Shown here: one piece after another, positions 23,096-35,629 of the stretch
Numbering within the stretch: the first letter of the stretch is position 1
Layout: each line of letters starts with the position of its first letter
DNA from: Macrostomum lignano
Taxonomy: Eukaryota
Reading direction: 5' to 3'
NCBI GenBank assembly: GCA_002269645.1
Contig: NIVC01001091.1
Location: 62,001 to 126,000, forward strand
Length of the DNA: 64,000 nt
The notes under the pieces: model-generated
Told to the model about the DNA's origin: nothing
Seen by the model: only the letters and a program-made list of their open reading frames with translations
Databases searched by the model: none
Program-made: the position numbers and the translations under genes

Positions 23096-25983
23096 TCAAT
23101 CGCAAGGGCAGGTTTTGGCCTCCTCAGCTGCTGGGGCAGCAGCGGAATCTTCAGCAGGCTGCTGGCACCAGCCGCCAGACTTCTGACTGCCACCGGACTG
23201 GCAGGCCTGCGGGGGGGGGAAGATTGTGTAAATGCTGTGAAATTTTTGACGAAACTCTCATAAAACTCTGATTCTGTACTCTGATAACAGCTTTAATATG
23301 TAACCCCCTCAGCTACTGAGCCAACCCCCTCAGCTACTGAGCCAACCCCCTCAGCTACTGAGCCAACTCCCTCAACTACTGAGCCAACTCCCTCAACTAC
23401 TGGGCCAATCCCCTCAGCTACTGAGCCAATCCCCTCAACTACTGAGCCAACCCCCTCAGCTACTGGGCCAACTCCCTCAGCTACTGAGCCAACTCCCTCA
23501 ACTACTGAGCCAACTCCCTCAACTACTGGGCCAATCCCCTCAGCTACTGAGCCAATCCCCTCAACTACTGAGCCAACCCCCTCAGCTACTGAGCCAACCC
23601 CCTCAGCTATTGAGCCAACTCCCTCAACTACTGGGCCAATCCCCTCAGCTACTGAGCCAATCCCCTCAACTACTGAGCCAACCCCCTCAGCTACTGGGCC
23701 AACTCCCTCAGCTACTGAGCCAGCCCCCTCAGCTACTGAGCCAACCCCCTCAGCTACTGAGCCAACCCCCTCAGCTACTGAGCCAGCCCCCTCAGCTACT
23801 GAGCCAACTCCCTCAGCTACTGAGCCAGCCCCCTCAGCTACTGAGCCAACCCCCTCAGCTACTGAGCCAACTCCCTCAACTACTGGGCCAACTCCCTCAA
23901 CTACTGGGCCAACTCCCTCAACTACTGGGCCAACCCCCTCAACTACTGGGCCAACTCCCTCAACTACTGAGCCAACTCCCTCAACTACTGAGCCAACTCC
24001 CTCAACTACTGAGCCAACTCCCTCAACTACTGGGCCAACTCCCTCAACTACTGAGCCAATCCCCTCAGCTATTGAGCCAACTCCCTCAACTACTGAGCCA
24101 ACTCCCTCAACTACTGAGCCAACTCCCTCAACTACTGAGCCAACTCCCTCAACTACTGGGCCAACTCCCTCAACTACTGAGCCAATCCCCTCAGCTATTG
24201 AGCCAACCCCCTCAGCTACTGAGCCAGCCCCCTCAGCTACTGAGCCAATCCCCTCAACTACTGAGCCAACCCCCTCAGACACTGAGCCAACCCCCTCAGA
24301 CACTGAGCCAACCCCCTCAGACACTGAGCCAACTCCCTCAACTACTGAGCCAACTCCCTCAACTACTGGGCCAACTCTCTCAACTACTGAGCCAACCCCC
24401 TCAGTCATTCAGCCCAAGTGGAGAATCCGATTCCAACCAACCCTGCGCTGGCTCGCGGAGTCGCGCCGGCCGCAGTCGGACTTCTTTGCGTTGGTCGGAG
24501 AGCAGGGGGCGGCCTGCTCGGAGGCCTTCTGGTCGGCGTTGGACTGGCAGTTTGCTGGGGCGGTGGCGGCGCACGGCGATTTGCGGCAGCTTTCAGCCGC
24601 TGGTGGCATCTCTGCCTCTGGCTGGGCACGTCGTGCGCACGTGTTGTTCAGGTGGTTGCCAGGCAGACGGTTCGGCAGGTCCCAGGTGCCTTTAAAGTCG
24701 CCCCAGGGCGAGCCCTCCGAGCGTCCGACGCCGGGTAGCAAGTGGCCGAGTTCGTTTGCGATGATCTTAGTGCTGCCGGCCCGGGTGGACGGGTACTGCA
24801 GCGGCGGGAATTGGAACAGCATTGAATTCTGCGATGCTATATTTTGTCCAGGAGTTTCAAAAATGATTAATTTGACATTTGAAAAACTGTAAATCACTTT
24901 TTATCGTTATAGTTTATTTACTCGTGTTTATAGACGTATATATAAAACATACAGGCGTAACGATAACGTTAACAAATGGTAATAATATCATTACTAATAA
25001 ATAGTAACAATAAAAAATAGTAATATTCATTCTTCATAGATAGGTGAATAAATTAGTTGTAAACTATATCAGAAGCAAGAAACTAAATTGAAACACAAAA
25101 GAAATAGGAATAAGCAAGCTTAAAAACTTCTAAAATATGCATGCAAGGTACAATGTGAATGGATATTTTCCAAATATACAATATTTTTTAAATTCAAAAT
25201 ACTGCAGGCACCATCACCTCTTTGAACTGCTTGGGCACAGTGTACTGTTGCAGCCGGCCAGCCCGGAATGCATTGTCGTACTGAAAGTAAAGACAAAAAA
25301 TTGAATTAAAACAAAGCATTGCTGATTAATTCTTTGGCTAGACAACTTTGTAAGAACTGACAAAAATAGGTATGACTCAGAAAAACTCTTAAGTTCTTTT
25401 TTTGATTTACTTTTTTTCACACTATAACCCAAATCCACTCTTACTATATACAATTTCTTACCAAATCATAATTTTTAAAGAATTATTAAATTGCATTAAA
25501 ATCTATAATTTTATTTCATCAATGTGGTCTTCTGATTTTATAAATATATCGAAGGTACTATCGAAAGAAGTTAAAAGATTTGTCAATGAGTATAATCCTA
25601 CTAAAAAATGGGATCGAAAAAGTTTCTGAATTCAATTTGCAATCAGCAGATTCTTCCTTTGAGGGGACTCTGCCTTCTCTACTTCTTAATTTCTGAAAGT
25701 TGCTTATAAGTACGAATAAGCGATAAGTTTATAAAAATTCAGTACGTTCGTGCAATTGCAGTTCTCTTCAGTTTTCATATTTCAGTTTTCCTAGTCTGCT
25801 GTAGTTCAAAACATTATTTTTAAATATCTGAGAACTTTTTGTGGCTAGGGTAGACTTCAAGAAAACGTTTATATACCAAGTGATTTTGAATTAAAGATAT
25901 TATATTTCTAAAAAGTACTGATGACGAAGGGCCTTTTAAGAAGCAAATTAACTTACTTGATTTACAGCAAATCCCGACGACAT
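23096..25983 (-). CDS. CFAP126: Protein Flattop / cilia- and flagella-associated protein 126, about 184 aa; exons 25983-25957, 25280-25218, 24795-24442, 23206-23096
   Basis: Spliced product MSSGFAVNQ|YDNAFRAGRLQQYTVPKQFKE|YPSTRAGSTKIIANELGHLLPGVGRSEGSPWGDFKGTWDLP matches Flattop (MATNYSANQYEKAF...TQIIANDRGHLLPSVPRSKASPWGSFMGTW). All introns are phase 0 GT-AG. The last junction (GTTGGT donor) is less certain. Confidence 0.9.
23303..24403. repeat. 21-bp minisatellite CTACTGAGCCAACTCCCTCAA filling CFAP126 intron 3
   Basis: Seen directly, about 52 copies. Confidence 0.95.
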
Positions 25984-26097
25984 TTTAAAAATATTGCTGA
26001 GACAGTTTTGGCTATAACTGAAAATATACGAGCAAGCAATTAGCGATTGAGAGGTTTAAAAAGAGACTTACTTACGCGTTTGAATTTCTTCACACGC

Positions 26098-26111
26098 ATT
26101 TCCATGACAAC
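26098..26111. promoter_or_regulatory. RFX X-box ATTTCCATGACAAC, 115 bp upstream of the CFAP126 ATG
   Basis: Exact fit to the X-box consensus RTHNYYWTRRNRAC at the expected position for a ciliary gene. Confidence 0.6.
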
Positions 26112-26999
26112 AGTAGCATTGGTCAGACCAATCTTAAGAAGCTGCAAAATTGGCTACAGCGATATTTCAAAGAGCGCCTTTTTCAGCGTCCAATGGCAGA
26201 AAAGCGCACGTGTAAATTAAAACCGTTCTGCTTTTCTTTCCAAGTTTAGCCAAGTTTGAGGCGCATTCATGCCCGACGATACCTGAATTTGATTTGGAAA
26301 GTTTTATATGTGGCATGACAAAAGTATACTTTCTTGTATTCATATTTATTTATAACTTTTTGCTTACTAATTGCTACATAAAAACTACCAAAACTCCGCC
26401 AACTCATGTGAGTTTACTATTGATGTCTGTATTCTGTATAGAATAGAATGTCTATTCTATATGATGTGTGTATTCCCTCTCTGTTTTAACAAAGGTACTA
26501 AATTCAAAACTTTAAAGCTTTAAAACTTTAAATTTATTTAAGTTTATGTTTATAATTATAAAGTTATTGTATACGTACATGGACGCTTAGGGATTCGTGA
26601 AGTGAATAAATCGATTTTAATACTTAGCACTTTAAAGGAAAAAGTGCACACATGCAGTAATGCATCAAGCACTTAAAGACGAGGATTTTGAAAAGTGAAC
26701 CGAAGCACGTGCATATGCACGCACAGTAGCGAGAAAAATTTTTCTAGTTCCTCTGGCCCTACAAAAATAATCAAATTGCTTGGAAGCACACATGGATACC
26801 CAGCGCAGTTTAACAAAATTATAAACTTCACTCACAATTCTAGACCATTGCACATAAGTGTAATTCAGGATCTCTAAAAACAAGTCCATGTCACATTTGA
26901 TCGGGAATAAAACTTTACGACAAACATTTTATGGATTTGCTAACATGCTAATTGCAATCTACCAGAGTAGCTTTGCCCCCAAAACACCTCTATTTCAAG

Positions 27000-29900
27000 C
27001 ACCACCCTCCTACCCTTCCACAAAAGCCTCAGCTCAGCGGTTCAGGCGCCGCAGGACCACCAGGCGACGATGAGGACGTTGGAAGCGGCAGCGGATCTGG
27101 TTTCCCTTCGGGTGGCCGCTTGTCCCCCTACTACCACTTCTCCGCCACCTTTTCGTCAGCCACTACCGTCATTCGCCTGCCTCTGTTCCCTGCAAGTACA
27201 GTCGTCCCAGTTTCAGGCGTCACCCAGGCGCCTCGCCTTGTCAGTAAGATCTGCATTTTCTTGCAGTTTTTCTCATTTTCGGCGTCTAGCAAAACGCGTC
27301 AAGGTTTCAATTAGAAAATTTAGAAATCGATTCATTGATAGCAGGACACAACCAATCCTTTTGGGAAATCGTTTCCCGCTGGCATAGAGGCGCGCTTCAA
27401 CTGGCGTCTACTCCCTAGTTGGACTTTTTCCCCGAGATGTTTTCCTCTCTAGAAATGCAATTTCAAGTCTGGGCACGACCTTGGGGGACTGAGACTTCAA
27501 AACCGAGCAACCAGGAATTGCTGCGAGTCTAAGCGAGAAATAAGGAATCATTCTGAGTCACTAAAAATCTCAAAAGGCAGTGGGGAATCACTGAGTCTCG
27601 GAAAGCAGTGGGGTGTCACTGAGAGTCTCAAAAAGCTGTGGGGAGTCACTGAGAGTCTCAAAAAGCAGTGGGGTGTCACTGAGAGTCTCAGAAAGCAGTG
27701 GGGTGTCATTGAGAGTCTCAAAAAGCAGTGGGGTGTCACTGAGAGTCTCAGAAAGCAGTGGGGAGTCACTGAGAGTCTCAGAAGGCAGTGGGGAGTCGCT
27801 GAGAGTCTCAGAAAGCAGTGAGGAGTCACTGAGAGTCTCGAAAAGCAGTGGGGAGTCGCTGAGAGTCTCAGAAAGCAGTGAGGAGTCACTGAGAGTCTCA
27901 GAAAGCAGTGGGGAGTCACTGAGAGTCTCAGAAGGCAGTGGAAAATGTTTAAAAGCCTCAGTGTACACAGGTGAATAATAGATTATCTAATACCCTTTAA
28001 TTCCAGACCCCAATGATCCTAGCCAGTCTCCCGGATGCTCGGAGTCCTGCGCTATGATGAGATTTGGCGTCAGTCTTGGATTCCAGGCCGTCTGGCGCCA
28101 TGACCTGGCGCGCCCGCAGAGCGGCGCTTTTCGAAAAGCGGCCGCGCCGATAGAAACGGCTCTGGAGGCCGCCTTCAAGGCGTATCCGGGCGAGCAGACC
28201 GCTCGAGTTGTCAGCTTCAGGTTTGAGTCGGCCTCTTCATTGTGATCTGAGGGATGGGACTTGGATAGGCCTGCAGACAACGGAGTGACAGAGCTGAGAC
28301 AGTGGAGTGACAGACAGGACAGTAGAAATTACAGGCCGGAAATAAAAGTGAAATTCAAGACAGTGGAGTAAAATGCAATACATCGGAGTGAAATGCAAGA
28401 CATCAGAGTGAAATGCAAGACAGCGGAGTGAAATGCAAGACAGCGGAGTGAAATGCAAGACAGTGGGGTGAAATGCAAGACATCAGAGTGAAATAGAAGA
28501 CATCGGGGTGAAATGCAAGACAGCGGAGTGAAATGCAAGACAGCGGAGTGAAATGCAAGACAGTGGGTGAAATGCAAGACATCAGAGTGAAATAGAAGAC
28601 ATCGGGGTGAAATGCAAGACATCGGGGTGAAATGCAAGACAGCGGAGTGAAATAGAAGACAGTGGAGTGAAATAGAAGACAGCAAAGGGAAATAGAAGAC
28701 ATCGGAGTGAAATGCCCGACATCGGAGTGAAATGCAATACATCGGAGTGAAATGCAAGACAGTGGAGTGAAATAGAAGACAGCGGAGTGAAATGCAAGAC
28801 AGTGGAGTGAAATGCCCGACAGTGGAGTGAAATGCAAGACATCAGAGTGAATTCAAGACAGCAGAGTGAAATGCAAGACAGTGGAGTGAAATGCAAGACA
28901 TCAGAGTGAAATAGAAGACAGCGGAGTGAAATGCAAGACAGCAGAGTGAAATGCAAGACATCAGAGTGAAATGCAAGACATCAGAGTGAAATGCAAGACA
29001 TCAGAGTGAAATGCAAGACATCAGAGTGAAATGCCCGACAGTGGAGTTAAATGCAAGACATCAGAGTGAAATGCAAGACATCAGAGTGAAATGGAAGAAA
29101 TCAGAGTGAAATGGAAGACAGCGGAATGAAATGCAAGACAGCGGAGTGAAATAGAAGACAGCGGAGTGAAATAGAAGACACCGGAGTGAAATAGAAGACA
29201 TCGGAGTGAAATAGAAGACATCGGAGTGATATCACCGATAGAGATTGAACTCGTGACCTTTGCCAAAATCAGAGGACAAACTGAAAGCCATGAAGTGCTT
29301 ATGGACTCAAAGCTACCTATACAAGAAATGCTCAGGCGTGCTTGAACTAGACAAAAATGTAAAATAGGCATCACTTTTAGACTCCAAGCAAAAGAAGGAG
29401 ATGGCTGAATATAAACTAAATGAGTTTCCAATAAATAATGCAGCCAGACACCAGACTGAATATCGCATGATAAAAGAGACTTATTTCGGCACCCCAGTGT
29501 CGGCTGTCGGCTGCACTTTGAAGTTTGAGTTTGAATATTCATTATCTCTATTTTACCTGCTCCAGCCTGTGAAAGTTTCAGTCTTTGTTCCTGTTTACTG
29601 CGGCCTGCAGCAGCAACTGACCGCTTCTTCTCCGCTTGAAGCAAATAAAAAACAGAAACTAGTTTGCAAAACCTTACTTTGAATGAAGAACACGCATTGG
29701 AGTGCCCCGGAACTTCGAACACGGTTTTCTTACCATATTTTTCTGTTTCTGTGTGTCTCCTGTCACAGCTGGATGAGTTTAAAAAAGAGATTTTTTTCTC
29801 TGGCTTTGTCTGCCTTGCAGCCGAACTTGAAGACTGCACAGTCTTCTATCGGTGAATGCAAGGTTTAAATTAGACATGATACATGTAGTAGCGTCCATTT

Positions 29901-31117
29901 TGTATCATTCAGTGTGCTATTTGATATCTTTGGGTGCCATTTTGAAGCATCAGATTTTTTGTCCCCATTCAGATGCCGGTTTGTAGTATGGCTATATTTT
30001 CTATAGCAAAAGGTGTCACTTTTTTGTTCGGTGCCATTTTGTACCAATTCAGGTGCCATTTTGTCTAATTCAGGTGCCATTTTGCCTAATTCAGGTGCCA
30101 TTTTGTCTAATTCAGGTGCCATTTGGCCCATTTCAGGTGCCATTTTGTCTAATTCAGGTGCCATTTTGCCCAATTCAGGTGCCATTTAGCCCAATTCAGG
30201 TGCCATTTAGCCCAATTCAGGTGCCATTTAGCCCAATTCAGGTGCCATTTTGTCTAATTCAGGTGCCATTTAGCCCAATTCAGGTGCCATTTAGCCCAAT
30301 TCAGGTGCCATTTAGCCCAATTCAGATGCCATTTTGCCCAATTCAGGTGCCATTTAGCCCAATTCAGGTGCCATTTTGCCCAATTCAGGTGCCATTTAGC
30401 CCAATTCAGGTGCCATTTTGCCCAATTCAGGTGCCATTTTGCCCAATTCAGGTGCCATTTTGCCCAATTCAGGTGCCATTTTGTTTAATTCAGGTGCCAT
30501 TTTGCCCAATTCAGGTGCCATTTTGCCCAATTCAGGTGCCATTTTGTCCAATTCAGGTGCCATTTTGCCCAATTCAGGTGCCATTTTGCCCAAGCTAGGC
30601 CCCAGCCTGTGCATAATTAAATTATTAACAAATCGGAGGAGTGAACTTTTTGGCTTACTAGTAAAAAACCGATTTAAGCATTACAATCCTCACCTATCAT
30701 TTATTGCATACTTAATCATTTTTTCGACCATTCATTCGCTGCACTCGATGAATTATGGGGGGGGGAGACATCAAAAGTCGATCGGCTAGCGCCAATTTAG
30801 CTTCAGCTGAGCAAGGCGGGGCCGGGGGCTGCGCAGGGAAGGTGCAGAAGAGAGTTTGACTTGCACAGCCAGGTTTCTGCTGTTTCAACTCTGCTGCGGT
30901 GGCTTGACTCTGGTTGCGCTTTCATTACTGGCTGGAAAATTGAATTGGAGACCCGCTCCGCTAGGCACTCATTTAGCCAGAGTGGCGACGGGGAGGCATT
31001 GGGAGAATTCTCCCCCCCCCCCCAGAACCATCAGAGCCTGTGAAAAGTTGCGCCTCCTCTTAGTAACATTACTTTTACAGTAGATAGCTAGATAAATAAA
31101 TAAATAAATAAATAAAC

Positions 31118-31216
<99 letters not shown>

Positions 31217-31321
31217 CAGATAGACAGATAGATAGATAGATAGATAGACAGATAGATAGATAGACAGATAGACAGATGGATAGATAGATAGATAGACAGA
31301 TAGATAGATAGACAGATAGAC

Positions 31322-31368
<47 letters not shown>

Positions 31369-31369
31369 C

Positions 31370-31429
<60 letters not shown>

Positions 31430-34400
31430 GGATAGATAGATAGATAGACAGATAGACAGATGGATAGATAGATAGATAGACAGATAGATAGATGGACAGA
31501 TGAGTGACTTACTCATTACTAGTTTTCTCACAGCCCAACTCCATCAGGTTGGCTGCCATCCTGACAGCTCCCCTTCTCTCTCATTGAGCCCGGCGTCCAG
31601 CGCTTTTCTAACTCAAGATCCAGGAACTCAGCACCAACCTCTGACTTGACTTGAGTAGGCCCTGAGTAAGGGGGGAGGTGAGCACAGCGAGGAGAGCGGA
31701 GTGATGCGTGGCTGGCAGCCTGAGGAAAATGGTCTGAAGTGGCGGCAGACGCCGGCCCGCCATGCCTGCAGTCATTTCTAATTCGCTCGCTCTCCATCTC
31801 CTGCATTTCCCTTTCCTGCTCAGAGCCAGAGAGTGGAGCCTCATCTAGGCTCTCCCAGAATCTCTCGCTGAGACATCACGCCTCATTAGTGTTCGCTGAG
31901 CACTGCCCGCCTTCACTCCTTCTCCTCCTCTCTCGTCCACCTCTCTCAGTTTTCCATTTCCCCAACAAAAATATATATATTTGGCTGTGAGAGAGGTTGG
32001 GGCATCCGGCCTAGAGAGTAGGAATGATGACGCTTCGCAACGTAGCTGCTCAATGATGCTGGCTGCTGTTTGGTTGTTGGGTCATGATTGATATAATCCA
32101 GTGACTTTTATCAGCGTTGGTGAGACCCGGCATAACCATCTTGTTTTTTTGCTTTAATTAGCTGAAACCAGGTCTGGTAGCGATGGACTGAACTGAGGGT
32201 CTGGTAGCGATGGACTCAACTGAGGGTCTGGTAGCGATGGACTCAAATGAGGGTCTGGTAGCGATGGACTCAAATGAGGGTCTAGTGACGATGGACTCAA
32301 CTGAGGATCTGGTAGACATGGACTCAACTGAGGATCTGGTAGCGATGGATTAAACTGAGGATCTGGTAGCGATGGACTAAGCTGAGGGTCTGGTAGCGAT
32401 GGACTGAACTGAGGGTCTGGTAGCGATGGACTCAACTGAGGGTCTGGTAGCGATGGACTCAACTGAGGGTCTGGTAGCGATGGACTCAACTGAGGGTCTG
32501 GTAGCGATTGTCAAAGCTGAGGGTCTGGTAGCGATTGTCAAAGCTGAGGGTCTGGTAGCGATTGTCAAAGCTGAGGGTCTGGTAGCGATTGTCAAAGCTG
32601 AGGGTCTGGTAGCCGTCTAACGCTCAACTCCTAAATCAGAGGATTAACAAATGCTCAATTTACTGTTGCTCAGTCACTCAGTAGGCGCAGCAATTCCGCA
32701 ATTTACAGGAAAGGCTCCATTGTTGCCGAGGCGTTGGTCATCTCGGTGGGCCATCCGAAGGAGCTGGCGACTGACTATCGGGGCTGAAGCAGGCTCTGGA
32801 TGCTCGTCTGCTGGGCGGCAGCTTTGCTGGCATGCGGCTGCTGCCGGCTCACTACAGATTCTGGCGGCTGGGTGAGCACTGCGGCTGGCATTCGTTGCGA
32901 TGACAACTGGAGCCGTTATAATTTTCAATGGCATTCAGTAGTCTGACTTCATTTTACATCATTAATTCCCGACCTTTGCCTCCTTTTGCTCCTCACTCCA
33001 GTCGCTGAATTCTCCACCCCGGTTTCTCAATTCCCCATCTCGGTTTCTGAATTCCCCATCTCGGTTTCTGAATTCCCCATCTTGGTTTCTCAATTTCTTA
33101 CCTCGGTTTCTGAATTCCCCATTTTTGGTTTCTGAATTCCCAATTCGGTTTCTCGATTCCCCACCTCGGTTTATAAATTCCCCACCTCGGTTTCTGAATT
33201 CCCCATCTCGGTTTCTGAATTCCCACCTCGGTTTATAAATTCCTCATCTCGGTTTCTGAATTCCCCATCTTGGTTTCTGAATTTCCCATCTCGGTTTATA
33301 AATTTCCTATCTCGGTTTCTGAATTCCCCATCTCGGTTTATGAATTCCCCATATCGGTTTCTAAATTCCCCATCTCGGTTTCTCAATTCCCCATTTCGGT
33401 TTCTCAATTTCCCACCCCGGTTTCTCAACTCCCCACCCCAGTTATTCAATTCCCCATCTCGGTTACTCAATTCTCTGCAGAGTTGTTGTTTATTAAAGCA
33501 TCACTCCAGCACTGCAATTTTCCTGTTTCCTTTTCACAGAAACAACAGCTGAGGCGCCACCAGCTGCCAGTTCAGCAACGCCTCTACCGTCTGGGAATCG
33601 CATTTTTGTGAGTGAGAATATTCGAGAGAATGCCTAGCTTATTACTCTGAGTAGAGCGTTGTGTTGCAAATTTAAATTTCTAGTGAGAATTAAAAATCGA
33701 GAATAGTCTATCACTTTCCTAAGATTTCTGCTTTATCAAATTGCATCGTACGCTCTAGCAACTGTACCCTCTCCATAGAAACTGTGCCGTCCTCCCTAGC
33801 AACTGTACCCTCTCCATAGGAACTGTACCGTCCTCCCTAGCAACTGTACCGTCTCCATAGAAACTGTGCCGTCCTCCCTAGCAACTGTACCCTCTCCATA
33901 GAAACTGTGCCGTCCTCCCTAGCAACTGTACCGTCTCCATAGCAACTGTACCGTCTCCATAGAAATTGTGCCGTCCTCCCTAGCAACTGTACCCTCTCCA
34001 TAGAAACTGTGCCGTCCTCCCTAGCAACTGTACCCTCTCCATAGAAACTGTGCCGTCCTCCCTAGCAACTGTACCCTCTCCATAGAAACTGTGCCGTCCT
34101 CCCTAGCAACTGTACCGTCTCCATAGCAACTGTACTGTCTCCATAGCAACTGTACCGTCTCCATAGCAACTGTGCCGTCCTCCCTAGCAACTGTACGGTT
34201 TCCATAGAAACTGTATCGTCCTCCATAGCATCTGTACCCCTCTCTGCAAATTTATTGTTTGCCCTAGCAACTGTACCGTCTTTCTTAGAAACTGTACCTC
34301 CAACCTTAGTAACTGTACTCTCTTTGCACGCCACATGTAGACCCTAGCAACACAGAATCAATTTCTGAAAAATATAGTGCATTGAGGCTGAGGAGCAAAT

Positions 34401-35530
34401 TGCACATCCGGTGAGTAGTGCAAGACAGACAGCTGATGATGATGAGGAAGGGTCGCGGACTCTGGGGAATGCGAGAGCCGGCCGGCGGGATGGCGAGTGG
34501 CAGCTGGTGACGGCCCTGCGGCAACAGTGACAGATCAATAACCCGATCTCTCTCGGTCTCTCGGACGGGATAGACGCGATCGAGAAGAGCGAGAGGAGAG
34601 TGAGGGAGAGAAGAGAGAGCTAGGGTGCGGATAGATAAGCTTTAGGGACAAAAATACGCGACGCGGCCAGGTCCCGTGGGCGGCTAGCAGCTGATTTTGC
34701 CAATCAATTTGCCAAATTGCCATTCCGCTCAGATCTCTGATCTCTCTGTGCCTGCCTCTCTCCCTCTCTCTCGCTTCCTTTTTTGAGTCGCGGGATCCCC
34801 AGAGGATTCTCTCTCACGACCCGGGTCTCCAGAGGAGGTGTGGAAAAGACGGTTATTACTGTTGACGCCAGGAATTATTTGTCATGAATATTGTTCAAAA
34901 CTGTATAGATTAGATGATGGGTTACAAATTTATCAACTGGAGCTGTCGTCACTCCTCATATGGGGAATGGGGGGGGTTTTAGTGCCGAAAATCTGACTTA
35001 CATGTAATTTGGCATCCTGGCATATCGTTTTGGTGCCACTGAACCCAACGTTGTACGAGTATAAAGTAACAGCTTAGCACAGATTTGGCATCTCTTAGAC
35101 CTTAGCCATACCAATTTTGTGTCCCTAGCAACCGTCTTGGCGCCTCTAGGAAAATATTTGGCAAACCTTGGCAACCGATTTTGTGACCCTAGAAACCGAT
35201 TTGGTGGCCCTAGCAACCGATTTTGTGGCCCTAGCAACCGATTTGGTGGCCCTACCAACGGATTTAGTGGACCTAGCAACCGCGGTTTGGAGTCCCTAAC
35301 CAAAGAATTAGGCAACCTTAGCAACCAATTTTGTGACCCTAAGCAACCGATTTGGTGCCCCTAGCAACCGATATGGGAACCTTTTAATTGTTTGCTTAGA
35401 GACGCCTTTTTGGCTGGAACAAAAAGACTGTATAGTACGCAATAAAAATCACTTGCATTCTGAGAGACCGAATGAGTCAACGTCCGGAACAGGATGACTC
35501 CAGCCCAAATTGCTTTTGCATCTTTTAATT

Positions 35531-35629
<99 letters not shown>

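Noticed and set aside
24405-24892. Plus-strand ORFs with hydrophobic stretches (MENPIPTN..., MVGEQG...)
   Set aside because: They are antisense shadows of the GC-rich CFAP126 exon 3.
26041-26056. 16-bp exact match TAGCGATTGAGAGGTT shared with 50596-50611
   Set aside because: About one such match is expected by chance in a 64-kb self-comparison.
29240-31050. Exon-like islands (for example [28 protein letters not shown] and [20 protein letters not shown]) inside the syndecan intron
   Set aside because: Splice sites are plausible, but I could not build a consistent chain or recognise a family, and they would interrupt the FR|KGSI SEA junction. Worth a tBLASTn, but not supportable as a feature.
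34341-34830. GC/GA-rich segment with a GTGAGT donor at 34411 as an extra exon or alternative promoter
   Set aside because: Its phase is incompatible with the neighbouring syndecan exons, and there is no recognisable motif.
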